Shown in pieces: positions 1 to 10,177 of a stretch of DNA of 64,000 bases. The DNA lies in IMG/VR virus record IMGVR_UViG_3300035180_001452, positions 58,381 to 122,380 of that record. The stretch is one strand, 5' to 3'. This DNA is from a virus. The notes beneath the pieces were generated by a model that saw nothing but the letters and a program-made list of their open reading frames with translations, was not told the origin of the DNA and did not search any database. Made by a program: the position numbers and the translations under genes. Position 1 is the stretch's first letter. Each line of letters starts with the position of its first letter.

Positions 1-14
1 TATTTATTCCTTAC

Positions 15-893
15 TTACCATAGAGTAACAGGAGTAGCTCCTCCTGTACCGTCATCTATTGGTGTTGCTAGAGGAGGAGGCCCCCATGCCCAAACATTAG
101 GGTTGGGTTGAGGAGACGAGGGGTATTGGGAAGGATCTGTATTTGATGTCACTCCAGGAGGCAGAGGAGTTTGCCCAGTCATACTAATAGCAGTATTAGT
201 AGGATCTAGAATAGGCACACTACTTTGTGAAGTGTTAGAAAAGTGACTACTATCTATTGGTTCCAAATCCTCTTTTTCTCTTCTCTTTGAGTCTATAGCT
301 CCTGTATCAGGCATAATATCAAGAGGTTGAAACGGTATTCTATCAACTGCCATATAGGAGTAGGTTTCCATAACAGAGATATTATCTAGAGAGTACGTTT
401 CTCCTTCATCTAAGATACTTACTCCCAATACCCCAGTATAAGACACTGTACCTGCTTCATTAACAAATGTAACGCTTACGTCAAATGGAGGAAGCTCGTC
501 TGGTAAGAACATCTCTAATGGCCTATTAGAGCTTCCTCTAGGATCAAGAGGCTTAGGATTTTTATCTCTGTCTTCAGTAGCCATTACCATTCTATGCCAT
601 ACAGTTCTATCAAACGAGGAGAATACCATAGTACCACCACAGGTTCTATGCCCTGCTGTAAATCCTCTAACTCTTATTTTACCTAGTGCTGTTACCGGGA
701 ACTTGTCTCTATGCGTAGAGATAGAGAGCATGTTTAGAGTGCCAAGAGTATAGCTTTTTCTTCCTGGAAGAACCACATAAGCGACTATATCTACTCCAGA
801 GAACACCTTAGCAGTAGAATAATCATCTTCTGCAACATATCTATCTAGCATCTTTTCGTTGCTTACAAACATGTACTTATTAGTTTCAGCCAT
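15..893 (-). CDS. Tail tube-like protein (paralogue of 1815..2609) with Pro-rich C-terminal extension
   Basis: Shares FSGxDIVAY, GxRxxxGxxVF and PPFDVxxTxVNExG motifs with 1815..2609; lies downstream of the sheath gene. Confidence 0.6.
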   Translation of the reverse strand: MAETNKYMFVSNEKMLDRYVAEDDYSTAKVFSGVDIVAYVVLPGRKSYTLGTLNMLSISTHRDKFPVTALGKIRVRGFTAGHRTCGGTMVFSSFDRTVWHRMVMATEDRDKNPKPLDPRGSSNRPLEMFLPDELPPFDVSVTFVNEAGTVSYTGVLGVSILDEGETYSLDNISVMETYSYMAVDRIPFQPLDIMPDTGAIDSKRREKEDLEPIDSSHFSNTSQSSVPILDPTNTAISMTGQTPLPPGVTSNTDPSQYPSSPQPNPNVWAWGPPPLATPIDDGTGGATPVTLW

Positions 894-933
894 CTTATTC
901 TTCCAACGAAGCCGTGCTTCTCATTATAAGATA

Positions 934-1740
934 TTAGCCCTTAGTTGCTTCGACCTGTCTAATGGTCCAGAAGTCAGAGCATAGATCCGGGCTGGTTATG
1001 TAGGCATAGGGCATCATGAAGTACCCTGCCAGTCCCCACTTTGCACCCCAAGAATTTCTAACGATAAACATTTTCTTACTATCATCATATCCAACAGCCA
1101 TAACCGCATGCCCGCCAACAAGGCCTTCGGTTGGGCCAGGCATTGGTAAGATACCGGTCTTAGCAACAGCATCAGACTCAAAGCTTTCGTATACTGACAT
1201 TCCAAAAACAAATGGGTATCCTTCTACAAGACATGACTTTAGATGATCTAAATCCTGTACTATAGATAGATACTTAATAACAAGATGCTTTAAGCCGTCT
1301 GTATATGCAGATTTGGTAGGCTTTCTTGCAAACTTCTGAATATCATAAGGCATAAACTTTTCGTGGCATGCTCCCTTTGAAGCCATAGCCTTCATTGTAT
1401 CTCTAAGGCTTGCACCACTATCTTGTGAGGCTGTATTCTCTAATACTCGAGTATTGTAATATACGAATAGTCTGGAGGGCAGATAATCCCCAAGACTAGA
1501 TTTATCCTGTACAAATTCGTATAATGCACTACCAGCGTTAGCTGTACAGCTCCCAAGGTCTCCCTGGTCATATACAGGAGGACACACAGGTCTAAGATCA
1601 ACTACTCCCGGTAGTGTTTTCTTAGGCGCTGCATCTTTTAATGGGAAATACTTAAAGTCACGATGGTCTGGTAAATCTGGCGTCCATCCATAGCGAGCTA
1701 TTTTACGAACCATTGCACCCTCCCGAAAAATACAGTACAA
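934..1740 (-). CDS. Papain-like cysteine peptidase (C1A family)
   Basis: Catalytic motifs QGDLGSC, GGHAV and RNSWG; N-terminal YGWTPDLPD...VDLR typical of bacterial C1 peptidases. Confidence 0.92.
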   Translation of the reverse strand: MYCIFREGAMVRKIARYGWTPDLPDHRDFKYFPLKDAAPKKTLPGVVDLRPVCPPVYDQGDLGSCTANAGSALYEFVQDKSSLGDYLPSRLFVYYNTRVLENTASQDSGASLRDTMKAMASKGACHEKFMPYDIQKFARKPTKSAYTDGLKHLVIKYLSIVQDLDHLKSCLVEGYPFVFGMSVYESFESDAVAKTGILPMPGPTEGLVGGHAVMAVGYDDSKKMFIVRNSWGAKWGLAGYFMMPYAYITSPDLCSDFWTIRQVEATKG

Positions 1741-1771
1741 ATTTAGGAATCATTTTATTATAGCATAAAAT

Positions 1772-1806
1772 AGGGGGAGAGCATTACCTGCCCTCCCCCT
1801 TTATTA
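1772..1806. terminator. Probable intrinsic terminator hairpin after the tube gene
   Basis: agggggag...ctccccct inverted repeat flanked by A/T runs in the intergenic space. Confidence 0.5.
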
Positions 1807-1814
1807 CTTAAGTG

Positions 1815-2609
1815 TTAGGCGGGAATCCTATCTCCAGCAGAATCGTTCCAAGACGTATTAGGATCGTTTGGATTGAGAATACTATCAAGAGGACTTACCG
1901 CTCTTGCTACAAACGTAAATGCAGCTTCTGAGTTTAGATCGTCTAGAGTATACCCCCATCCTTCATTAACGAGCTGTACATTATGGATAGCAGTATATGC
2001 TACCTGTCCTAGCTCATTTACCATTGTTATGGTAACATCGAATGGAGGAACCTGGTCAGAGTATCTTACTCTTCGAGTAGCAACTAAGGCGTAGGTTTCA
2101 GCAAGCTCTCTAGCAATTGCATTATATATTCCTGCATCATCAGTTAGAGATACCCTTGTAGAATTTACATTGCCACCTGCTCCAAACTGAGAAGCTAGGC
2201 TCTGAACATTGACGGTCTGAGACTGTAGGTTATTTAGTTTTATATTATTAGGAATTTGAAAATAGTCTATGTCACCAATAAAGTTAACATTCTGGTCTAG
2301 TAACTTAGACATCTTCAAGATAGCATGCTTATCGAACTGAGTGAATACAAGGTTACCGGCTATAGCGCGCTTACCTTTAACAAAGGCCTTTGGGTTAGGA
2401 TCTCCCATTACAAAGACAGGCATTACCTCTCTAGTAATGGAAACCGTAATACCCTGTAAGCTAGCCACTCTCTTGTGCCCCATATAAGCAACAATGTCTG
2501 CACCAGAGAATGCACTAAACGTCTTCTCAGCCTCCTCAAAAGATTGCTTAGCTTTAGGATTGTTCTGAATGGTATTATAAATTGAGCCACCAGCTCCGAT
2601 CTGTCCCAT
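1815..2609 (-). CDS. Tail tube protein
   Basis: Directly downstream of the sheath gene; FSGADIVA, GKRAIAGNLVF and PPFDVTITMVNE motifs resemble large-myophage tube proteins. Confidence 0.65.
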   Translation of the reverse strand: MGQIGAGGSIYNTIQNNPKAKQSFEEAEKTFSAFSGADIVAYMGHKRVASLQGITVSITREVMPVFVMGDPNPKAFVKGKRAIAGNLVFTQFDKHAILKMSKLLDQNVNFIGDIDYFQIPNNIKLNNLQSQTVNVQSLASQFGAGGNVNSTRVSLTDDAGIYNAIARELAETYALVATRRVRYSDQVPPFDVTITMVNELGQVAYTAIHNVQLVNEGWGYTLDDLNSEAAFTFVARAVSPLDSILNPNDPNTSWNDSAGDRIPA

Positions 2610-2622
2610 ATTTTATCTCCTT

Positions 2623-4317
2623 TTAAGCCGTTATGTTAACAACGACCTTTACGTACTTAATCTGAAGAGCCGGTCTTAAGAACAGAGTAACTGTAATCTG
2701 TCCTAGAAGAGTTTCTACTGGGTCGGAACTAATAGAGAACTTAAAGCCATTCCCGTCTCCTCCAAGCAGAGCTCCTGCATCAACTAGTCTTTGTAAGGCA
2801 GAGCCTAGCTGAGTACGCATAGCCGTTCTCGCTTCAATACTGTTAGGCTCTCCAATGAATGGATACATAACAGCCTTAGTCATAACAGCAGCAAGATTAG
2901 CGATTCTGAGAACCTGTAGAGTTCTAAAGTCAGAGGTTCTTGCAGAACAGGTATTATCTGCTACGACAACAGGTCTGTTAACAACATTATTTGTCTTAAA
3001 TGTTACATAAGCAGCCTGTCCATAGTCACCTGTAGAATCGTCTCTACCAATACCCTGGTTAAGTAGCTCATGAATGGTCTTTGTAAAGTTACCATTAAGA
3101 AGCTTAACTGTACCTAAGGCCTTATTAGTTGTAGCAGACTGAGAAGGAAGATTTGTTATCATTCCTGCGTATACTGCGGCACCATTTTCAATATAGTACC
3201 CAATCTCTTTCTGGGTAAGAATTAAATCAGGCCCCGCAACAACACTAATAAATCTACCAATATCTACAGGTGCGGTCTCGTCTGGATCATTATAGTAAAA
3301 TCCCTGATTCATAAAGTACCCGAACTTAAGCTGCTTAGAGTTAGCATCATAGTACCCAGACGTAGTGCTTAGTAGAGAAGCCTGTGCATAAGCAGCTAAG
3401 TCAGCAGGGCTCTTAAGACCAGTTGGTCGTAGTCCTATAACACCGTGGCATGGACTAGTTTCCTTGCTTACTGTGTATAGGAACTTAGCAAAGTCCTGTG
3501 CTACAGTAGTAGTAGTATTTCCTTGGACAGCCTCATCATCCGCATAAATACCTACTAATACTGCTACATCAAACTCAGTAGTAGCGAGGGTATCAAACGT
3601 ACCAAATGGCTGTGTTAGAAGCGTATAGTATCCGTTCTTGCTAGATGCAAAGTCTTCACCAGCAGCAGAGGTACCGTTTGTTCCAGCTACAGTGCCAGAT
3701 AGCGCAACTGTACCAGACTTAATACTACTAGCTGGGCTAGTTACATTAGCTGCAGGTATAGTCATTACGATACTTCTGTTTCTATTATCATTGTTGATAG
3801 TAGATACAACATCTCCTAGAGTTTTAGTTGTATCAAATGCCCAGGAGATAGTACCTCCCTTGCTAGTAGGCTGATTAAGAGTAATTGTACATCCAGTAGC
3901 GCCTGTGGTAGCAACAGCAGTAACCGAGTTATATACTCGACCTGGGTTAGCAGCAATAATATTAATTACAGTCTGCCAAGCTCCAGTAACCTGAGCTGTT
4001 TTACCTCCGACTCTAACACAAATGATATTACCACCACCACCCTGTAAAGCCTCATTTACTGCTTTAGTAAGGTTGTTATCCGCATATGCACCATCTGCGG
4101 TTCCCGTCTGGGGATTGATATAATCACCAGTATAGGTTAGTGGACCAAAAATGTCCTCAGCGTCCGAAAGATTTCTAATGAATATTGGCGAGTTAACAGG
4201 ACCATCAAGAGCATTACCAATAATCAGTAGCCTTTCAGTAACAGGAATCATAACAGCAGGAACTAGCCCACCATCCCTATAAGTAAAGATAACCCCCGGT
4301 AGTTTTTGATTTGCCAT
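2623..4317 (-). CDS. Contractile tail sheath protein
   Basis: N-terminal LPGV, IGxAxDGPVN, C-terminal FIGEPN...LxxLVDAGAL...LRPALQIKYVKVVV sheath-type signatures; 564 aa. Confidence 0.85.
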   Translation of the reverse strand: MANQKLPGVIFTYRDGGLVPAVMIPVTERLLIIGNALDGPVNSPIFIRNLSDAEDIFGPLTYTGDYINPQTGTADGAYADNNLTKAVNEALQGGGGNIICVRVGGKTAQVTGAWQTVINIIAANPGRVYNSVTAVATTGATGCTITLNQPTSKGGTISWAFDTTKTLGDVVSTINNDNRNRSIVMTIPAANVTSPASSIKSGTVALSGTVAGTNGTSAAGEDFASSKNGYYTLLTQPFGTFDTLATTEFDVAVLVGIYADDEAVQGNTTTTVAQDFAKFLYTVSKETSPCHGVIGLRPTGLKSPADLAAYAQASLLSTTSGYYDANSKQLKFGYFMNQGFYYNDPDETAPVDIGRFISVVAGPDLILTQKEIGYYIENGAAVYAGMITNLPSQSATTNKALGTVKLLNGNFTKTIHELLNQGIGRDDSTGDYGQAAYVTFKTNNVVNRPVVVADNTCSARTSDFRTLQVLRIANLAAVMTKAVMYPFIGEPNSIEARTAMRTQLGSALQRLVDAGALLGGDGNGFKFSISSDPVETLLGQITVTLFLRPALQIKYVKVVVNITA

Positions 4318-4350
4318 AACTATTTCCTCCAGTCAGTTGAAGGTAGTCCT

Positions 4351-5265
4351 TTATGTAGGACTAGTCTTTGTAGCAGGAAACTTGAGTCCTATATCTCTAT
4401 AGAAGTAAGTCACATAATACACCTCTCCAGGTAGTGGATGTTTTCCTCGTGGCAGCCATTCTATATACGAGGCACCATCCGGTATAGATAGAGTAATCTT
4501 AAAATCAACCCCTTCTAAGTATTGAGTACCGGAAGATGATATACTACTGTACTCAAGTTTGTACTCTTTGGTAATAGACCATACACTAGATATCCAGTTC
4601 TTAGCCAGTCTATCTTTAGTAAGAACATCGCTTCTAACTACTGACTCGTTCTCAACCATATGGTTTGCTTCTATCCCAAGTTGTGTCCATATGGACTGGA
4701 TAATTGGTACGGACTTAACGAATTTCCTCTCAAGAATACATCTAAAGCGTAGAGTTCTTTTGTATATTTCTTGAGATACAGCTCTTTCTAGCTCTTTATC
4801 TACTAGCTGCTCATCAAATATCCATTCACTTACTCCTAGCTCTCTTAGTATAGGAGTTATGTGAAACATGAGTTCATCGAACTCTTCAGTTAGATCATTA
4901 GTAGACTCGTTATCTATATCATAAATATCGAACTGATATATTATTGTCATCCACTGAGCGTATTGATCATAAGTTATAGTAGGATCTTCTTCGTCTGGAA
5001 CAGTTCCTCTTAGCCTAGGCTTATTGATTTCTAGACCATCTCTACCAGGAACTCTTCTATATATACTCCATACTATAGTAGGCGTACCTACATTTTCTCG
5101 TGGGTGGGATTGTGTGAATACAACTCCCTTATCTGCCCAGTTAGCTTCTATTAGGTCCCATATAGCTATAGGTAGACTATATGGAGTTAGCGGTAAATGC
5201 TTATTAAGGTCAAAGTGCAGTTCTACATTGGCCGATGAACTTAATATATTGGTTATATTAGGCAT
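4351..5265 (-). CDS. Putative tail completion/terminator protein
   Basis: Position between neck and sheath genes; the function is inferred from synteny only. Confidence 0.45.
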   Translation of the reverse strand: MPNITNILSSSANVELHFDLNKHLPLTPYSLPIAIWDLIEANWADKGVVFTQSHPRENVGTPTIVWSIYRRVPGRDGLEINKPRLRGTVPDEEDPTITYDQYAQWMTIIYQFDIYDIDNESTNDLTEEFDELMFHITPILRELGVSEWIFDEQLVDKELERAVSQEIYKRTLRFRCILERKFVKSVPIIQSIWTQLGIEANHMVENESVVRSDVLTKDRLAKNWISSVWSITKEYKLEYSSISSSGTQYLEGVDFKITLSIPDGASYIEWLPRGKHPLPGEVYYVTYFYRDIGLKFPATKTSPT

Positions 5266-6709
5266 TCTCTGGCCTCCTGCTTATTAAGTTCATCTGTATG
5301 TATTGAGTTTCGCCATATACTATAACATACACAGTTATAATTATATAGTAAGTCCCTATCTCGCATGTATATTGTATATCTCTAACATTGTCTAAATCTT
5401 CTAGAGCTTCACCAGTGATATCATATACTCTATCAGGCAGTATTCCCTGCTCCCCTATAATGTACTCAAAAGCTGATCCTATTCTATTAGCTATATCTAT
5501 TTTTACTTTAGTTATTAGAGGATTCTCTCCATTAGTTGGACAGCTTCTCCATGGAGAAAGATTACTAATAATGTACTTATTAAATACACAGTACTTATTC
5601 CCAAGAGAGTGCAGCTGATCAGTACTCCATATAGGAGATATGTCATATAGAGAAGTACTCTTGTTAGTTGGAGCAGAAGTATTTGCTAGCCATAGCCCAG
5701 CAAATACATAGGATAATGGTATCCATGCTGGATTAACTGGACTTGCTATATCTGCCCCCCAACCTGGAACATAAAATAGCTTATTACTATTAAACGGTAG
5801 CGAGTTTAAGAATGCCTCTAGGTCTTCAGCAGAAGCACCTCTTAGTGACCATGGAGCGGATGCTATCAAACATGCTGGACCAGCATACTCTCCCTGTGAT
5901 TCTATAAATCCTAGCGCAGAATTAACTACTTCAGAAGGAGGACTACCAGCAATTACTATCATTCCTACGCTATCTAGATCCATGGAGTCTAAAGCGTTAC
6001 ATACACTCCAAGAATTTACTGTACCATTAGCCCCACCACTAGTAGCATAAGTACCACTAGGAATAGCAGGATTAAATACAGAGTAGGCCATTAGAGGATG
6101 CTTATTAGTATAGTGATCTTTATTAATCTGGTCCACTAAAAGATTAGCTGGCTGATGTATATCATACGATATACCGGAGGGCGGTGCGTAGTCAGAGGTA
6201 TAGACTATTGTGAGAGTATCATTATCAACTATTACAGGGATGTCGTTGTACTTTTCTCCTGAGTACTCTGCTTCTAGCTTTAGCCCCCCAATGATAACAT
6301 TCGCTTTAGTACCTGGCACTCTATATAGATAGGGCATATCTGCCCCTTGGTTTAAGACTGTGTGCATTGCCAGTACGATATTGTCATCGTTAGGTACTCT
6401 TACATAGCTAAATATATAGCTACCGCTAGCTCCAGGCTGACCAAACGTAACATAGGTACCAGAGGCTTGCACTCTTAACATGTATAGAGGATCTCTATAT
6501 ATCCTACTACCTACCTTCTTATATACATCAATTAGTCCGCCCCATATAGGATATTTTGTAGAGGCTGATGCTTGATCAGACTGAAGAGTATAGTACTCTG
6601 TTTGCTTCCAACCAAAAACTGTTTCTGCGTCATTAGGGGTTTCTGGTAGAAACAGAGTACCATCTGGTCCATCGTCTGCGGTACCAATTATTACGAGAGG
6701 AACAAACAT
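5258..6709 (-). CDS. Second, divergent sheath-like protein
   Basis: IIGTADDGP, AETVFG, YRVPG, SGGANG and C-terminal YIIGEQ segments parallel the 2623..4317 sheath. Confidence 0.55.
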   Translation of the reverse strand: MFVPLVIIGTADDGPDGTLFLPETPNDAETVFGWKQTEYYTLQSDQASASTKYPIWGGLIDVYKKVGSRIYRDPLYMLRVQASGTYVTFGQPGASGSYIFSYVRVPNDDNIVLAMHTVLNQGADMPYLYRVPGTKANVIIGGLKLEAEYSGEKYNDIPVIVDNDTLTIVYTSDYAPPSGISYDIHQPANLLVDQINKDHYTNKHPLMAYSVFNPAIPSGTYATSGGANGTVNSWSVCNALDSMDLDSVGMIVIAGSPPSEVVNSALGFIESQGEYAGPACLIASAPWSLRGASAEDLEAFLNSLPFNSNKLFYVPGWGADIASPVNPAWIPLSYVFAGLWLANTSAPTNKSTSLYDISPIWSTDQLHSLGNKYCVFNKYIISNLSPWRSCPTNGENPLITKVKIDIANRIGSAFEYIIGEQGILPDRVYDITGEALEDLDNVRDIQYTCEIGTYYIIITVYVIVYGETQYIQMNLISRRPENA

Positions 6710-6738
6710 TATTTAACTTCTCTCTTTAGCGGTATATT

Positions 6739-7323
6739 CTATATAACCTTTTTAGAAACCCAAACGTCACCAAGGTCTTTAAGCCATTTCTCTTGATCGC
6801 CTATTGTAAAGTTATAGGTATCGCAGCCACAACCAAAGAACGTAACTTCATCTTCTCTAAATGCTATTGGCTCATCTATCTGGAATGCGTTAACTATGGA
6901 TATTGGCTTTCCATATAGCTCTACATCTCTCCAGTCTACATCCCACTCTACTTCTAGATAAAGATCCTTGCTTTTTGGGTAGTAGTATCTAGGGGTATAT
7001 ATAATAGTTTTGAACTTAGCTAGATAGCCGAACTCTTCCATAGGAGATTGTGCATCTGATGCTCTTACTACTCTTCTAACTGCATGCTTTTCATACTGTA
7101 CTTTGTATCCCATACCGAAGGTAGCTGGGTCATCAGTATCAGGAGACATGCTATGAGGATCATACGAAGTAGAGCTAGGGTATCTAGGGTCCCTTCTTAC
7201 ATAGACCATCCAGTTTGGTCTTTTATCAATAAACTTATTAAACCCTGTGCGTAATGAAGTAGAGTCGTTTAGATTAAAAATATTATTCTTAGTATAGGAG
7301 GTTAGATTGAATATATCGCTCAT
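6739..7323 (-). CDS. Putative neck / head-closure protein
   Basis: 194-aa ORF in the head-to-tail position; synteny. Confidence 0.4.
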   Translation of the reverse strand: MSDIFNLTSYTKNNIFNLNDSTSLRTGFNKFIDKRPNWMVYVRRDPRYPSSTSYDPHSMSPDTDDPATFGMGYKVQYEKHAVRRVVRASDAQSPMEEFGYLAKFKTIIYTPRYYYPKSKDLYLEVEWDVDWRDVELYGKPISIVNAFQIDEPIAFREDEVTFFGCGCDTYNFTIGDQEKWLKDLGDVWVSKKVI

Positions 7324-8882
7324 TAAATATTATCCCTCCTAAAGGAGTTCCAAGAGTAGTCAGTTGACTTCTGCCAGACCGGCCATCTCTCAGACTTTCT
7401 AGTAGAACGAACTCTAGCTCTATGCCTGGAGAATTCAGATATCCACTGTAGAGCCATTTGTTTCTGTCTTTTTATTTCATCCTCAAGGCTTCTTAGCAGA
7501 TTAACACCATGCTGCTCTTGGTAGTCTCCCAGCCTTTTCATGCTATCAGCAGTATCGAGTAGTTCGTAGTACTTCATAGTAAGAAGTCTGACAGCCGTCT
7601 CACACTCGACCCATCGCTCCATAGCATAGCTTAGTAGGAAGGTTTGAGCTCTTACTTGTTCTTCAGTAGGTCCCCCAATCAGTGGGTTATAGTAAAGAAT
7701 CCAATGTCTATTAACATCCAGGGATACTCTAAATATTTGGAAGTTTAGAATATCGTCCGGTATACCAATTAGAAACTGTCCAAAGTTAGCTCTTAGTACA
7801 TTAGACCCCATATATAGTGGAGAGTATCTGGAAGTAAAGTATCTTGTTACAGTTTCTTGTAAGTAATTACCTGAGTAATCACCAACACCTGTAGTTATAT
7901 ATAAGGTATATCTGCTATTTACAATAATAGGATCTTCAGGGTATATGTATAAAGTTCTTCCAGTAACCGAAAGGTTCAGAGTTACTCTAAACTTATCTGA
8001 AGTAGGCCAACCGTCAACTGATTCTCTGGTCATATAGACTGTATCTGGCGTAACAGTACTTGGATCTATATCCCCGGAGAGTATGAACACCATAGACGGG
8101 AAGTCTAGTTGGTTACTTAAACCATTTTCAAACCCAGAAGTAGCGTCTACTTGAAACGTAACAGCATCTGGATATGTCTGTCTAGTAGAAGGACTGGGTT
8201 GAAGGAACGTTCCATAGTACCATACGAATGGGTCAGACCACTGCCCAACAGAACTACCAGCACTAGTTATAAACTCGCCACGAACTCTCCAGAAATAATG
8301 CTTACTAGGAGTTAGTGATACGCCAGGCATTGCACTACTATCTGTAGTTAAAGTAGACCACCCATTAGAAGCTACAGATTTAAAGGCTATTGTATCATCT
8401 AGCTCTACTCTATAGAAGATAGTCCCGGTAGAACCGCTTGTTGATACAGATATTGGATTCCATATAAAAGGACCAACACTAGAGGTAGAAGTAAAATTAG
8501 CAGGCTCAAGTAGTTCAACTTGTGGAACGTCAGTTTGAGATACTGTAAATACAAAGCTTCTATTAGCTGAAGCTTCTCTTCCTTCTACAGATTGTATGGT
8601 CTTGAGAACTGTAACTTGATAGGTGCTGCCTGGATTTAGATCTTGTGCGGGCTCGAACTCAAGTATTTTTTGAGAGTAGTTTATAAACTTTACGCCTATA
8701 GTACTATCAGACGATTCTTCAACAAGTATTATCTGTTGGTTTAGCTTTTCATCGGAGTTTATCAGATCTACTAGAAGCTCTATATTAAACCTAATAATTA
8801 TACTAGGTCTTACACTAACAAATGGTGTAAGTATATTAGGTTCAAAGCTTATAGGAGATGGGAAGAAATCGTTTAGTCTCAC
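7323..8882 (-). CDS. Virion protein with Ig-like (Big_5/FN3-like) domains fused to a probable head-tail adaptor C-terminus
   Basis: FEPAQDLNPGSTYQVTV, YFWRVR...WS and IYPEDPIIVNSRYTLYIT are Ig/FN3-type patterns; follows the capsid gene. Confidence 0.6.
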   Translation of the reverse strand: MRLNDFFPSPISFEPNILTPFVSVRPSIIIRFNIELLVDLINSDEKLNQQIILVEESSDSTIGVKFINYSQKILEFEPAQDLNPGSTYQVTVLKTIQSVEGREASANRSFVFTVSQTDVPQVELLEPANFTSTSSVGPFIWNPISVSTSGSTGTIFYRVELDDTIAFKSVASNGWSTLTTDSSAMPGVSLTPSKHYFWRVRGEFITSAGSSVGQWSDPFVWYYGTFLQPSPSTRQTYPDAVTFQVDATSGFENGLSNQLDFPSMVFILSGDIDPSTVTPDTVYMTRESVDGWPTSDKFRVTLNLSVTGRTLYIYPEDPIIVNSRYTLYITTGVGDYSGNYLQETVTRYFTSRYSPLYMGSNVLRANFGQFLIGIPDDILNFQIFRVSLDVNRHWILYYNPLIGGPTEEQVRAQTFLLSYAMERWVECETAVRLLTMKYYELLDTADSMKRLGDYQEQHGVNLLRSLEDEIKRQKQMALQWISEFSRHRARVRSTRKSERWPVWQKSTDYSWNSFRRDNI

Positions 8883-8909
8883 GGTATACTCCGAGTACTC
8901 CGATAGTAT

Positions 8910-8940
8910 GTAGGGGGCCTACTGGCCCGTAGGCCCCCTA
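8910..8940. terminator. Hairpin terminator downstream of the major capsid gene
   Basis: tagggggcctac...gtaggcccccta 12-bp inverted repeat. Confidence 0.6.
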
Positions 8941-8947
8941 TAAGGAC

Positions 8948-10102
8948 TTAGGAAGGCGTTACATTAAGGTATGTATTAATTGGCGACCAGTTCTGCTCAA
9001 GTCTCACATTAGAGATAACAGCAGCGGATCGCCCGCCATTAAGCGTACCAACCCCATACCTCTCGCGAACCTTTAGATTAAGGATATCTCTGCGAGGATC
9101 CTTAAACTCTTCGGTCTCCATGGGGTCCCTCTGAAGGATAAGTACGCTATGATTCCTATCCACAATATAGATGTCAGTAATATTAGTTGCAGGAAGTGAC
9201 GATGCAGGACCAGTAGTAAAGGTTCCGTTTAGTGTAAATGGAACGAATGGTGATACCTGATAGGCAACGTTCCAAGGAACATTAACTGTCTGATCAAAGT
9301 CAGGCTTGCTAGTCCAGACGGACTGGCCAATCTGACCCTGCGTGTACATAATATTACGTAGGATAGGATCCTTAGCAAATACCGCCCAAGCTAGCGGGTG
9401 CATGATAATATCCGTTGGGATATATTCATGAGAAACTAGAGCGCCCATAGCATCGATGAAATCATCAAACGTTGCGCTGAAGTTTCTTGCCTGGGAGTAA
9501 GACTTGCCATTAGTCCACATAGTAGAATCGGTAGAGCTGTTGTCAAATACCTTGTGCCCATGTGCCTGGAACTCAAGGAAGATCTTCTCTTCCTTTCGTC
9601 TCATCATAGCAAAGCCAGCAGCTTCGACATATAGCGCTAGAAGATCCCACATAGAATCCTTAATAAGATCCTCTGAGAGTGAGATCATGGTACCAACCTT
9701 GTTGACCTTGATCTCAGTCAGATGCTCGGTGAAGGCAGGTAGCTGCTCTCTGTATTCACCTACATCTGTCATATCGAAGGCCCTGATAGCGCCCATTACT
9801 GGAAACTCAATAGACCTTACGTTATCGACCTGAATAGTTCTGGCAAGTAGTGCCTGGCCAATCATAAGCGGCTCTTTTGGCCTAAGCAGTACGTCAGAAA
9901 TAACCTTTGGGAATAGAATAGAAACGTCAGCTGCTCTTAAAGCCTCTTCCATAGGAATACGAGGACCTCGATAAGAGCCGTCCGTCTTCATCATATTTTC
10001 TAAAACTTCTACATTTTTAGCAAACTCTACCGGGTTGAAGTCACTAGCGGTGCCGGGCTTCTTGGTATGTTGCTCTAGAATTTCAGCAAATTTAAGGGAC
10101 AT
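8948..10102 (-). CDS. Major capsid protein (HK97 fold)
   Basis: 384 aa; KVGTMISLSEDLIKDS, PTDIIMHPLAW and KVRERYGVG patterns; follows protease and decoration genes. Confidence 0.85.
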   Translation of the reverse strand: MSLKFAEILEQHTKKPGTASDFNPVEFAKNVEVLENMMKTDGSYRGPRIPMEEALRAADVSILFPKVISDVLLRPKEPLMIGQALLARTIQVDNVRSIEFPVMGAIRAFDMTDVGEYREQLPAFTEHLTEIKVNKVGTMISLSEDLIKDSMWDLLALYVEAAGFAMMRRKEEKIFLEFQAHGHKVFDNSSTDSTMWTNGKSYSQARNFSATFDDFIDAMGALVSHEYIPTDIIMHPLAWAVFAKDPILRNIMYTQGQIGQSVWTSKPDFDQTVNVPWNVAYQVSPFVPFTLNGTFTTGPASSLPATNITDIYIVDRNHSVLILQRDPMETEEFKDPRRDILNLKVRERYGVGTLNGGRSAAVISNVRLEQNWSPINTYLNVTPS

Positions 10103-10177
10103 AGAAGAATCTCCTTATCTGTTAACCAAATCAGATTGGGGAGGGGAGGGTTAATCCACTCCCCTCTCTAGTTGGTA

